Source: an uncultured Verrucomicrobiota bacterium
GTDB lineage: Bacteria > Verrucomicrobiota > Verrucomicrobiia > Limisphaerales > UBA9464
Length of the DNA: 64,000 nt
Assembly (NCBI GenBank): GCA_903907925.1
Contig: CAIVQB010000070.1
Span: 61,448 to 125,447, forward strand
Direction of reading: 5' to 3'
Position numbers and translations under genes: made by a program. This document shows, one piece after another, positions 26,896 through 35,817 of this stretch (positions are counted from its first letter, which is position 1; each line of letters opens with the position of its first letter). The notes below the pieces were generated by a model. That model did no database searches. It saw nothing but the letters and a program-made list of their open reading frames with translations, and was not told the origin of the DNA.

Positions 26896-28280
26896 GACGT
26901 GACGATCAATCCGACCCGGCGTGCCTGCTCGGAAACGAAGCGATTTCCGGGGTCCACTCGCCGCTTAACGGCGAGGAATTCGTCGCGACGCGGGTACATC
27001 GCCCTGAAAGTGTCTTCGGACATCAGGGAATCCTTGGCGAGATAGAGTCGGCCGCCCTCGTGGAGCAGTATTTTGTCGAGCTGCCGGACCATCTCGAGCA
27101 TTCGTTCTCCCACGTTGGGAATGTCCAGCGCGAGAGTGTACCCGGGGTAGAGGTACGACAGCGGGGCTGGATTCGCCGGCCCACTGCGTTTGATGACTGC
27201 AAGGAAGGAGGCAAGGCCGAAGCGCCCCAATGTTTCCAACACTGCCCGAAGTCCTTTCTCCGCCGTTCCGGGAGGAAAAAGGGCCTGGTACTGGACAAAG
27301 CCCCGCCGGCCGTAGATCCGGTTCCAGTGGTGGATGCTATCAAGAGGATAAAAATAGGTGTCGAAATCAACGATGCTGGACCGGTCCGGATGGGCTGCAA
27401 AATAGACCTCATTAAAGAGGCTCACCGAAAGGCGGTTGAGCGCCATGTTCGGGAAATAGATTGGCACGCTCTTGCGATTCTTGGGCGCGACGGTGAACGG
27501 ATGATCCGCCTGTTGGGCGGAGAGATCTTCCGCTCTGGCGTCGTTTCCCAGCATGAGGACCGAACGACCCAGGTGGCGGCCCCGCGCCAGACAGTCAATC
27601 CAGCCGACGGAATAGCGGTAGTCACTGTCGGTCTCCTCCATCGCCGCGAGAGTCGCGTCCAGATTTCGGTGCCGTCGATAGTCGACACGGAAATAGGCCG
27701 TCGTGCAGGGCCGCATCTGGATCTCGGCTTCCACAATGTACCCGGTCAACCCCATGCCGCCCACCGTCGCCCAAAACAGATCTCCATCCTGATCGGGGCC
27801 ACAAACCCGTTCCGAGCCGTCTGCCAGCAGCAGGGTTAGCCGACGGATCCACCGGCCAAACGTTCCGTCGACATGATGATTCTTTCCGTGGACATCCGCC
27901 GCTATCGCCCCACCCACGGTGACGAATTTTGTCCCAGGCGTGGTTGGCAAAAACCATCCCCGTGGCAGACAGACCTGAATCAGATCCGCCAGGGTCACGC
28001 CCGCCTCACAGCGCACGAGACCCGTCGCCCGGTCGAAGGAAAGGATGCGATCGGCGTTGCCCTGCAGGAGGACGGTGCCCCCGCGGCATACGGCCGAATC
28101 CCCGTAGGATCGGCCCAGACCACGGGCCAACACATGCGGATGCTCGACCTGTGAATCCAGAATCCGACGCAATTGCCCACGGGAGGAGGGCTCGGCCACA
28201 CTGCAGGAGAGTGGTTGATAGCCACCCCATCCACTCAACGTTCGTTCCGTCAAAGCGATCATTCGTTTCCGATCCGTCAA
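26892..28280 (-). CDS. dprE1: FAD-dependent oxidase, DprE1-like (decaprenylphosphoryl-beta-D-ribose 2'-oxidase homolog)
   Basis: Matching motifs are LSGWGGY, ARGLGRSYGDSA, VTVGGAIAADVHGKNHHVDGTFG and LFWATVGGMGLTGYIVEAEIQMRPCTTAY, which line up with Mtb DprE1 as I recall it. The TTG at 28280 overlaps the upstream stop as TTGA. An alternative ATG lies at 28262. Confidence 0.85.
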   Translation of the reverse strand: MTDRKRMIALTERTLSGWGGYQPLSCSVAEPSSRGQLRRILDSQVEHPHVLARGLGRSYGDSAVCRGGTVLLQGNADRILSFDRATGLVRCEAGVTLADLIQVCLPRGWFLPTTPGTKFVTVGGAIAADVHGKNHHVDGTFGRWIRRLTLLLADGSERVCGPDQDGDLFWATVGGMGLTGYIVEAEIQMRPCTTAYFRVDYRRHRNLDATLAAMEETDSDYRYSVGWIDCLARGRHLGRSVLMLGNDARAEDLSAQQADHPFTVAPKNRKSVPIYFPNMALNRLSVSLFNEVYFAAHPDRSSIVDFDTYFYPLDSIHHWNRIYGRRGFVQYQALFPPGTAEKGLRAVLETLGRFGLASFLAVIKRSGPANPAPLSYLYPGYTLALDIPNVGERMLEMVRQLDKILLHEGGRLYLAKDSLMSEDTFRAMYPRRDEFLAVKRRVDPGNRFVSEQARRVGLIVTS

Positions 28281-29734
28281 ATCTCGAAACCAAAACCATG
28301 CGCGACCAATATAAGAACTGCAACGCAGGCGCCGATGATGTAACTAATTCTGTCCTTCAGGGCAAAAACGATGGGGTCATCGTGCATCTCGCCCCGGCCG
28401 GTCAGAATCCAGAAACGGCCCACCCAGTAGAGAATCAACGGGCATATTAACCACAGCAAACGCGGTGTCCTGTAGAGCTCCACCACTTCAGGACTCCGGA
28501 TGTACAGCGCCATGACCAGCACCGACACCAACGCCGCACCCATGCCGGTGGTGCCCACCACTCCGAGATCCCCGACCTGATAGCCGCGGATCTTGCGGAT
28601 CGTATCACCTTCCTCCTTGGCCCCCATTAATTCCTGGTACCGTTTCCCTAACGCGAGTGACAGGAAGAAGAAGAGACCAAAAGACAGCAGCCAGTCAGTC
28701 ACCGGCAACCCCGCCGCCACACCGCCGGCCAGTATTCTCACCGCATACATCAGGGTCAGGAGAACCACGTCGATCATGGGCTTGTTTTTCAGCCAAAAGC
28801 TGTAAAGCCCGTTCGCGCCAAAATAGGCCAGCAGAATGAGAGCGAAGGAATGGCCAAGGACGATGAAGCCGGCTGTGAGACTGAAGCCCAGCAGTCCAAG
28901 GGCGAGAAATGGCGCCTGCCAAATGGGGATCACCCCGCTCGCCAGCGGGCGACGGTACTTGGACGCATGACGCCGATCCCGTTCAAGGTCGACGAAATCA
29001 TTGAGGACGTACACGGCGGATGCACCCAGGGAGAACGCGACCATGGCCTGCGCGACCTGAAAGACCAATGCCGGCTCCGTCCAGCGGTGCGAAAGGGCGA
29101 GTGGGATCAGCAGCAGGAGATTCTTCGACCACTGGTGTGGACGAAGCAGTCGGAGGTAGTCCTTCACCCGCGGCGCCCGATGGCCGATCACCTGCACGCT
29201 TGGAATCCGGGCGCGGCAACTAGCCTCCCAGCGTTTGGAATGACTGAAGATGTAGCCCTGACGGGCCTCCTTCAGAATCGGAACGTCGGCCTCACAGTCG
29301 CCCGCATAGTCGAACCCATCCGCACCCAGGCGGGCCTGTTCTTCGCGGATCGCCGTCAGCTTGTGAAGTCCCTTCAGGTTTTGCCGCGAATCGCTGGCCA
29401 GGACCTGAGCAAAACATCCCAGGTGCCTGGCAATCGCCTCGGCGGGTTTTCGGTTGGAGGCGGTGGCGAGAATGATGTTGGCACCTGCCACCCGTCGCGA
29501 CTCGATCAAGGTGAGGACCTCCGTCCGATAGGGAAGCAATGCGGGATCAATTTCCACTTGCGAGGCCAGCCACTCCTTGAGACTCGCCCGAGTGCCGCGG
29601 ACCACCCGGAAAAGAAGGGATCCCATCAACCACGGTCTTTGCCTGAGCAGTTTCGCCGACATCTCGGCCAGCAGATCGGCCCCGATGAGTGTTTCATCCA
29701 GGTCAACGAAGAGCGGCAGGGGAACCACGCTCAT
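28277..29734 (-). CDS. fusion protein: N-terminal HAD-type hydrolase + UbiA-family polyprenyl-phosphate phosphoribosyltransferase (Rv3806c-like)
   Basis: ATG at 29734 (a GTG alternative lies at 29761). HAD motif I is LFVDLDETL, with ILATASN and YAGDCEADVP further on. The UbiA part has LRPHQWSKNLLLLIPL, NDFVDLERDRRH...RPLASG and about 8 TM segments. Confidence 0.8.
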   Translation of the reverse strand: MSVVPLPLFVDLDETLIGADLLAEMSAKLLRQRPWLMGSLLFRVVRGTRASLKEWLASQVEIDPALLPYRTEVLTLIESRRVAGANIILATASNRKPAEAIARHLGCFAQVLASDSRQNLKGLHKLTAIREEQARLGADGFDYAGDCEADVPILKEARQGYIFSHSKRWEASCRARIPSVQVIGHRAPRVKDYLRLLRPHQWSKNLLLLIPLALSHRWTEPALVFQVAQAMVAFSLGASAVYVLNDFVDLERDRRHASKYRRPLASGVIPIWQAPFLALGLLGFSLTAGFIVLGHSFALILLAYFGANGLYSFWLKNKPMIDVVLLTLMYAVRILAGGVAAGLPVTDWLLSFGLFFFLSLALGKRYQELMGAKEEGDTIRKIRGYQVGDLGVVGTTGMGAALVSVLVMALYIRSPEVVELYRTPRLLWLICPLILYWVGRFWILTGRGEMHDDPIVFALKDRISYIIGACVAVLILVAHGFGFEI

Positions 29735-30058
29735 GAACGGGCGCGACTTGTGACGGCGCACACGCCTTCATTGCCCGGAATGATCCTGACCAGACGGGCT
29801 CCCAGGGATGGTGCGGGCGAACTGAATTCTTCAACGCGCTTCCAATGCCAAGTATTGATCGGGTCCATTCGTAGTTTCGGGGGGAAAAGTATTCGACGGA
29901 CCCTGGGAAGTCAGCCAAAAGAAACCTGATTCGATGGGCGATTGGCTTGGTGGAGAGCGACCTGAGAAGGCCTGTGTTGGCCGTGTGAACAGGTGCCGAT
30001 CCTTTGGTCGAGCGCATTTGGGTTCGCCTCGGATTCGACGATTGTTCAGAACTCACCC

Positions 30059-33000
30059 ATGCGTCCGTTTCACCTTCTCCGATCCGCCGGTCTGCTGGCG
30101 ATTCTGACCTGGATTTCCGCCGCGTCCGGTGGTCTCCGGGCGGAGATCCCGTTTCAATCCGGCGACACGATCCTCTTCTACGGCAATTCGATGGTCGAAC
30201 GGTTGCTGGAACACGGCGAACTCGAGGCGTTGATCCAGATCGTTCACGCCGACCAGAAGCTTCACGTGAGGAGTCTGGCGTGGACCGGCGATGAAGTCGG
30301 GTACCGCCTCCGTCCGGAGGGCTACGAGGAGCACATGAAATCGTTGCTCGCGCTGTGGCGGGCCAACGTTGTGGTGGTGGGCTTTGGGATGAACGAGGCC
30401 TTTGCCGGCGAACGGGGCGTGACGGAATTCAAATCAGAATTCAACGCGTACCTCGATCAACTCGCCCGGCTGCATCCCGGGGCCAGGATCGTCCTCCTTG
30501 GACCGACGGCGGTGCAGGCGGGTGCTCCCGGCGTGGATGTCGTCGCCCGCGACCGCGATCTTTTGGCCTATTCCCGGGCCATTGATGAAAGTGCCAAGCG
30601 GCGTGGTGCGCTCTTTGTGGATCTTTTTTCCGCCAGCCAGGCGGCGTTCGCGCGCCGGAAGGAACCGCTCACCGTCAACGGCCTGCACTTGAACGACGCC
30701 GGGAATCATGAGGTGGCCCGGGTCATCGCCGGAGCACTGGTGGGAACGGCGGCGGTTGCTGAAGTCGATCCCGTACAGTTGACCGAGGTGGCCAAGGCGG
30801 CATCGCGGAAGGCCTACTACGTGGGCGAAGTGGTGCGCCCCAAGAACGCCGATCTCTACTACGGTGTCCGAAAACGCCCGGAGGAAAACGCCGCCGAGAT
30901 CCCGCGCTATCACGAAATGATCGCGGCCACCGAGGCGGTGGTGCACGAGCTGGCGCGGTCACCGAAGAAAACTTTCGGCGACCAACCCCTCCCGTGGCTT
31001 GCGCCGATGCCGCCAGGGAAGGGATTTGATGACGGGGCCAACACCGGCATCATCCGGACCCCGGCGGAACAGCAGTCGAAGTTCAAGGTCGCTGATGGAT
31101 TCTCAGTGAACCTGTTCGCCTCGGAGGAGCAGTTTCCCGAACTCAAGAACCCGGTGCAGATCGCTTTCGATGCGCGGGGCCGGTTGTGGGTGGTGACCAT
31201 GCCGTCGTTCCCCCACACCGTTCCCGGCCTGCCGCCCGAGGATCGGATCCTGATTTTGGAAGATGTGGATCACGACGGCCGGGCGGACACCTGCACCACG
31301 TTTGCGGGCGGATTGGATGCGCTAGACGGGGTGGCCTTTACTGAATCCGGGGTGATCGTTTCCGAGCAGCCACATCTGTGGGTGATGAACGACTTGAACG
31401 GCGACGGTCGTTCCGATTCCCGCCGCGAACTTCTGCGCGGCATTGATGTCACCGATTCGCATCACGGTGGAATGATCGCGACTGATCCCATCGGCGATGT
31501 CCTGTTTTGTGACGGCGTTTTCCACCGGTCGCAGATCGAGACACCGTTTGGCGTGGTGCGGGGCATTGATTCCACGACGTATCGCCTCAACCCGCGGACC
31601 GGCCGGGTGGAAACCGAATGGCAGAGCATCACGCCGAATCCGTGGAAGATCACCTACGACCGCTTCGGCAACTACTTCCAGATGTACGGCGACGGACTGG
31701 TGCTGGATGCGTTGCCACTCACCTGGACGCCGCTGGCGATCTATCATCCCTTCGCCTACGCCACGACGGTCAACTACGGCAAGGGATCGGCGGCGGCCAG
31801 CATCTCGAGTCCCAATTTTCCCGATGACTACCAGCAGGGAATGGCGTCCGCGGCTTTGCTGGGGCGCTACGTCGTCTCGCTCACGAAGTACGATTTCGAT
31901 CACGGGATGGTCCGGGGATCGGGCCGGCTCGATGTCGTGTCTTCGACCAACGCGGCGTTTCGCCCCGCCGATCTGGCCTTCGGTTTCGATGGGGCACTCT
32001 ACATTTCGGACTTCTGCAGTTCGATCATCGGCCATGCCCAGCATCCGATGCGGGATCCGCATTGGGACCACACCCACGGCCGGATCTGGCGGGCGGTCTA
32101 CAACGGCAAACCGGTGGTCAAAACGTTTCCACGCATCGAGGGCGCTTCAGTTCCCGATCTGCTCGCGCTGTTGAATCATCCGCAGGACATCGTCCGGCAC
32201 CATGTTCGGATCGAACTGCGGAAGCGCGGCCCTGCGATGCTGCCGGCGTTGGACCGGTGGGTGGCGGGATTGGATCGGGCGATACCGGACTTTGCCCAGG
32301 CCGCGCTCGAGGCCCTCTTCGTCGCGGAAGGTCTGGGAGAAACACGACCAGAGTTGCTCAATGAAGTGTTGAAGGTGACGTCACCGCTGCATCGCGCTGC
32401 GGGAGTCCGCATGATGCGTTTGCAGGCGGATCGTCTTCCGGATGTTGCGGAACGGCTTCATGCGATGGCGGCGGATGCGAATCCACGGGTTCAGATGGAA
32501 GTGGTGGATGCCGTCGCCCATTTGCGGCCGCGATTTCCGGCGGTCGAACACGCATTGCACGGCCTGGTTTCCACCAACGAGGACGTGCAACACATGCTGG
32601 CAGACTTGCGGCATGGCACGCAGCCGGCCAAGGGACGCAGCGTGCCGGTGCTGGAAGTGGCTCCCGAAACGCGCCTCCGCCACTGGCAGTGGTTCGGGGG
32701 CAAATCTGTGACGGCACCGGTCCTTTATGACGCCGGGACAAACGCGGCTCCTGTGCCCGGCAACGGATTGTATCGGACGTTTGTCGAAGCGGACGGTGCC
32801 CAGGCGGCGGTCCTCGCCGTGCACCACGGGTATCTCGACATCAGCCTTAACGGAGTGCAGCTCCTCTCCTTCGATTCGATGTGGAGCAATGATCAGCAGG
32901 TCCAGCTCGATCTGAAACCCGGTCTCAATGTGATCGAGATCCAGTTCCGCAATCTCCGAGGCGCGCCTCCAGCGGTGTATCTCTACGACCCGTTGGGTCT

Positions 33001-33460
33001 CAAACTCACCACGGCGCGGGCGGCATCCGACGCGACGATGCTGCGCGGATTGGCTGCCCGTTATGACGAGGCTAACGCCGACGCGGGCGACGTGCTGCGG
33101 GTGCAGGCGGTCGTTGGGAAAATGCAGTTTGCGCCGAAGGAACTCCGGGTGAAGGCGGGTTCGCGGGTTCGCCTTGTTTTCGACAACCCGGACCTGATGT
33201 TCCACAATCTCGTCCTCGTCGCCGCCGGAGCCGAGGAGGAGGTTGGCGCCCTGGCGGACCAGATGGCGGCGCAACCCGACGCGCTTTCAAAAGCCTATGT
33301 TCCCGTCTCGGGAAAAATCCTCGAGGCCACCCGCTTGGTGGCGCCGCACCGGAAGGCGGAACTGATCTTCACCGCGCCGACCGAGCCGGGAAGTTACCCC
33401 TTCCTCTGCACCTTTCCAGGACACCGCCGGATGATGCGCGGTGCCCTGGTGGTGGAGTAG
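30059..33460 (+). CDS. multidomain exported protein: SGNH-like domain + Pirellula/Verrucomicrobium-type membrane-bound dehydrogenase domain + HEAT repeats + azurin-like cupredoxin
   Basis: ATG at 30059 with signal LLAILTWISAASGGLRA. The SGNH-like motif is ILFYGNSMVE. The dehydrogenase-domain signature is FKVADGFSVNLFASEEQFPELKNPVQIAFDARGRLWVV. The C-terminus (MFHNLVLV ... YPFLCTFPGHRRMMRGALVV) parallels azurin MGHNWVL / FFCTFPGHSALMKG. Confidence 0.8.
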   Translation: MRPFHLLRSAGLLAILTWISAASGGLRAEIPFQSGDTILFYGNSMVERLLEHGELEALIQIVHADQKLHVRSLAWTGDEVGYRLRPEGYEEHMKSLLALWRANVVVVGFGMNEAFAGERGVTEFKSEFNAYLDQLARLHPGARIVLLGPTAVQAGAPGVDVVARDRDLLAYSRAIDESAKRRGALFVDLFSASQAAFARRKEPLTVNGLHLNDAGNHEVARVIAGALVGTAAVAEVDPVQLTEVAKAASRKAYYVGEVVRPKNADLYYGVRKRPEENAAEIPRYHEMIAATEAVVHELARSPKKTFGDQPLPWLAPMPPGKGFDDGANTGIIRTPAEQQSKFKVADGFSVNLFASEEQFPELKNPVQIAFDARGRLWVVTMPSFPHTVPGLPPEDRILILEDVDHDGRADTCTTFAGGLDALDGVAFTESGVIVSEQPHLWVMNDLNGDGRSDSRRELLRGIDVTDSHHGGMIATDPIGDVLFCDGVFHRSQIETPFGVVRGIDSTTYRLNPRTGRVETEWQSITPNPWKITYDRFGNYFQMYGDGLVLDALPLTWTPLAIYHPFAYATTVNYGKGSAAASISSPNFPDDYQQGMASAALLGRYVVSLTKYDFDHGMVRGSGRLDVVSSTNAAFRPADLAFGFDGALYISDFCSSIIGHAQHPMRDPHWDHTHGRIWRAVYNGKPVVKTFPRIEGASVPDLLALLNHPQDIVRHHVRIELRKRGPAMLPALDRWVAGLDRAIPDFAQAALEALFVAEGLGETRPELLNEVLKVTSPLHRAAGVRMMRLQADRLPDVAERLHAMAADANPRVQMEVVDAVAHLRPRFPAVEHALHGLVSTNEDVQHMLADLRHGTQPAKGRSVPVLEVAPETRLRHWQWFGGKSVTAPVLYDAGTNAAPVPGNGLYRTFVEADGAQAAVLAVHHGYLDISLNGVQLLSFDSMWSNDQQVQLDLKPGLNVIEIQFRNLRGAPPAVYLYDPLGLKLTTARAASDATMLRGLAARYDEANADAGDVLRVQAVVGKMQFAPKELRVKAGSRVRLVFDNPDLMFHNLVLVAAGAEEEVGALADQMAAQPDALSKAYVPVSGKILEATRLVAPHRKAELIFTAPTEPGSYPFLCTFPGHRRMMRGALVVE

Positions 33461-33474
33461 AATCCGGCGTCCGC

Positions 33475-34047
33475 TCAGCCGCGGAACTTAGCGGCCAGAC
33501 GGGCCACCCGCTGACCGAGGAGTTCACCGGTCAGTTTGTCGGCGGCGTTGGGGGCGACGTCGGTGGGTTCCTGTCCGGCCTGACCCATCACGCCGCTGTA
33601 GCTGGAAAGGCGGTTGATGCCCTTGTCGTTGTACGGATTCTCGGGGAATCCCACCCAGATCATGCCGTGCTGCATCGCGAGGGTGATAAAGTACTGGAGC
33701 GTGCTCAGTTTGTCGCCGCTCGGACCGCCCGAAACGGTGAAACCCGCCGCGAGCTTGTCGCGCCAGCCACCGCGGAACCAGCGTTCGGCGGTGGCATCGG
33801 CGAAGGCCTTGAACTGCGCCGCGGGCCCGCCCATGTAAGTCGGGCTGCCGAAAATGATCGCATCGCTGGCGTCGAGTTGAGCGAGAACCGCGTCGTTCTT
33901 GTAGCGGCCCTTGATGATGTCATCGCCGCTGAGGCTGATGAGGTGGGCTTGAACGCCCTCGATGGAGGCGGCGCCCTGGTGGACGGCTTCGGCGAGCTTG
34001 GTGGTGTGGCCGGAGCCGGAGAAGTGAATGATGGAAACGGTGGTCAT
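33475..34047 (-). CDS. flavodoxin-fold NAD(P)H:quinone oxidoreductase (WrbA-like)
   Basis: Motifs present are IIHFSGSGHTTKLAEAV and FGSPTYMGGPAAQFKAF. The protein is 190 aa. Confidence 0.8.
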   Translation of the reverse strand: MTTVSIIHFSGSGHTTKLAEAVHQGAASIEGVQAHLISLSGDDIIKGRYKNDAVLAQLDASDAIIFGSPTYMGGPAAQFKAFADATAERWFRGGWRDKLAAGFTVSGGPSGDKLSTLQYFITLAMQHGMIWVGFPENPYNDKGINRLSSYSGVMGQAGQEPTDVAPNAADKLTGELLGQRVARLAAKFRG

Positions 34048-34073
34048 GGTGACAGGGGTGAGGTTGAGGGTTG

Positions 34074-34772
34074 TCAGTTGAGATCGAACAAAAGCACCTG
34101 GGCCTGCCGAGTCCCGGTCAATTCCAGGACGCCGGTTTCGTCGATCGCCGCGGCATCGCCCGGTCCGAGACGTTCACCGTTCAGCATCACTTCGCCTTCG
34201 GCCACGTGGGCCCACGCGTGGCGGCCGGGTGCGAGCGCGTGCGTCACGCGATCGCCGGCGTTGAGTTTGGCCAGCCAGAGATCGGCATCCTGATGAATGG
34301 CGATGGATCCGTCGCGGCCGGTCTTGCTGGTGACCAGGTGCAGCCTGCCGCTCGCGGCCGAGGCAAAGGATTGCTCGGCGTACCGTGGTTTCACCCCGCG
34401 TTGATCGGGCTGAATCCAGATCTGGAGCAGGTGCACCGCCTCGTCCGGGGCGGGATTGAACTCGCTGTGCTGGACCCCGGTTCCGGCGGCCATGTATTGC
34501 ACGTCACCGGCGCGAATCACCCGGCCGTTGCCCATGGAATCCTTGTGCTCCAGGGAACCGCTGAGAACATAGGTGATGATTTCCATGTCCCGGTGCGGAT
34601 GAGTGCCGAACCCCCCACCCGGCATCACGATGTCGTCGTTGATCACCCGGAGACTGCGAAATCCCATCCAGCGGGGATCGTAATAATCCGCGAAGCTGAA
34701 GGAGTGGTAGCTCTCCAGCCATCCGTGGTTGGCGTGTCCCCGGTCTCCGCTGCGTCGAATCGTCGTTTTCAT
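34074..34772 (-). CDS. pirin-family protein
   Basis: ATG at 34772. Motifs are RGHANHGWLESYHSFSFADYYDP, GFGTHPHRDMEIITYVLSG and GDVQYMAAGTGVQHSEFN. Confidence 0.9.
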   Translation of the reverse strand: MKTTIRRSGDRGHANHGWLESYHSFSFADYYDPRWMGFRSLRVINDDIVMPGGGFGTHPHRDMEIITYVLSGSLEHKDSMGNGRVIRAGDVQYMAAGTGVQHSEFNPAPDEAVHLLQIWIQPDQRGVKPRYAEQSFASAASGRLHLVTSKTGRDGSIAIHQDADLWLAKLNAGDRVTHALAPGRHAWAHVAEGEVMLNGERLGPGDAAAIDETGVLELTGTRQAQVLLFDLN

Positions 34773-34827
34773 GGGCTCAAGGTGGCACGCCGACGGCCGC
34801 TCCGGGAAAGACCGAGTTGCTTGCCTT

Positions 34828-34848
34828 AGCATAACTCAAAGGTATGCT
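34828..34848. promoter_or_regulatory. candidate LysR-type operator (perfect inverted repeat AGCATA-N9-TATGCT)
   Basis: It lies in the 85-nt divergent intergenic region between the pirin gene and the LysR gene. The dyad contains a T-N11-A core (ATAACTCAAAGGTAT). Confidence 0.45.
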
Positions 34849-34857
34849 CGGTGGCGC

Positions 34858-35754
34858 ATGGAACTCCGTCATTTGCGCTATTTCATCGCCGTGGGTGAGG
34901 CGGAAAATGTTTCGCGGGCGGCGGCGAAGCTGCATGTGTCGCAACCGGCGGTGAGCCGTCAGGTGCGGGATCTGGAGGCGGAACTGGGCTTTCCCCTGCT
35001 GGAACGAACAGCCCGATCGGTCCGCCTCACGGAATCCGGCCGGATCTTTCTGACCGAGGCGCGCGCGGTGTTGCAACGGGTCGAGGAGGCGGTGATGAAG
35101 GCGCGTGCCGTGGCGTCCGGCGGCCGGGGCGAACTTCATGTCGGTTACGCGATGTCGCCCACGGTGCGGATTTTGCCGCCGGCGTTGCGGGCGTTCCAAA
35201 AGGGTGCACCGGGAATTCGCGTCAAGTTGCACGATCTCGCCACCACCGAAATGCTGGCCGGATTGCGGGACGGCGGCCTCCAACTCGCGATCCTGGTCTG
35301 TCCCGCGCCGGCGCGGTTGAAGGGGCTGAAGTACGAGGAATTGGCCAAGGGCGCAATGATCCTGGCGGTGGCGCCGAAACATCGATTCGCCCGGAAGCGG
35401 TCGGTGACGCTGGCGGAGGTGGCACGCGAGCCGTTGATCGCGTTCAACCGGGAGGAATACCCGGACTACCATGAATCGCTGGCCGTTTTGTTTGCCGGCG
35501 TCCGGACCAAGCCGCGGATTGCCGAGGAACACGACAGCGTCGGCAGCCTGATCGCCGCGGTGGAGGCGGGAGGCGGCGTGGCGGTGGTGACCGAGTCGCT
35601 GGCCTGTGTGGCGGGTCCTCGTTTGAAATTGGTTGCGCTCTCGCCGAAGCCGGCGCCGTTCAGCATCGGTGCCGCGTGGTTGAAGGGTGGCCTTACCCCG
35701 GCGGCGAAACTGTTCCTCGACTGCGCGCGAGTGGCCGCGGCGGCTTCAGGTTGA
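34858..35754 (+). CDS. LysR-family transcriptional regulator
   Basis: ATG at 34858. The HTH is MELRHLRYFIAVGEAENVSRAAAKLHVSQPAVSRQVRDLEAELGFPLLER. The gene is divergent from the pirin-flavodoxin pair. Confidence 0.92.
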   Translation: MELRHLRYFIAVGEAENVSRAAAKLHVSQPAVSRQVRDLEAELGFPLLERTARSVRLTESGRIFLTEARAVLQRVEEAVMKARAVASGGRGELHVGYAMSPTVRILPPALRAFQKGAPGIRVKLHDLATTEMLAGLRDGGLQLAILVCPAPARLKGLKYEELAKGAMILAVAPKHRFARKRSVTLAEVAREPLIAFNREEYPDYHESLAVLFAGVRTKPRIAEEHDSVGSLIAAVEAGGGVAVVTESLACVAGPRLKLVALSPKPAPFSIGAAWLKGGLTPAAKLFLDCARVAAAASG

Positions 35755-35817
35755 GCATCCGTTTTGTTGATTTGCTGAAAGAACTCCGGTCCTGCGGCTT
35801 ATTTCATAGCAGAGCGC

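Noticed and set aside
34071-34829. 252-aa plus-strand ORF mirroring the pirin gene
   Set aside because: It has nearly identical coordinates to the pirin ORF on the other strand. Only the minus-strand translation shows pirin motifs.
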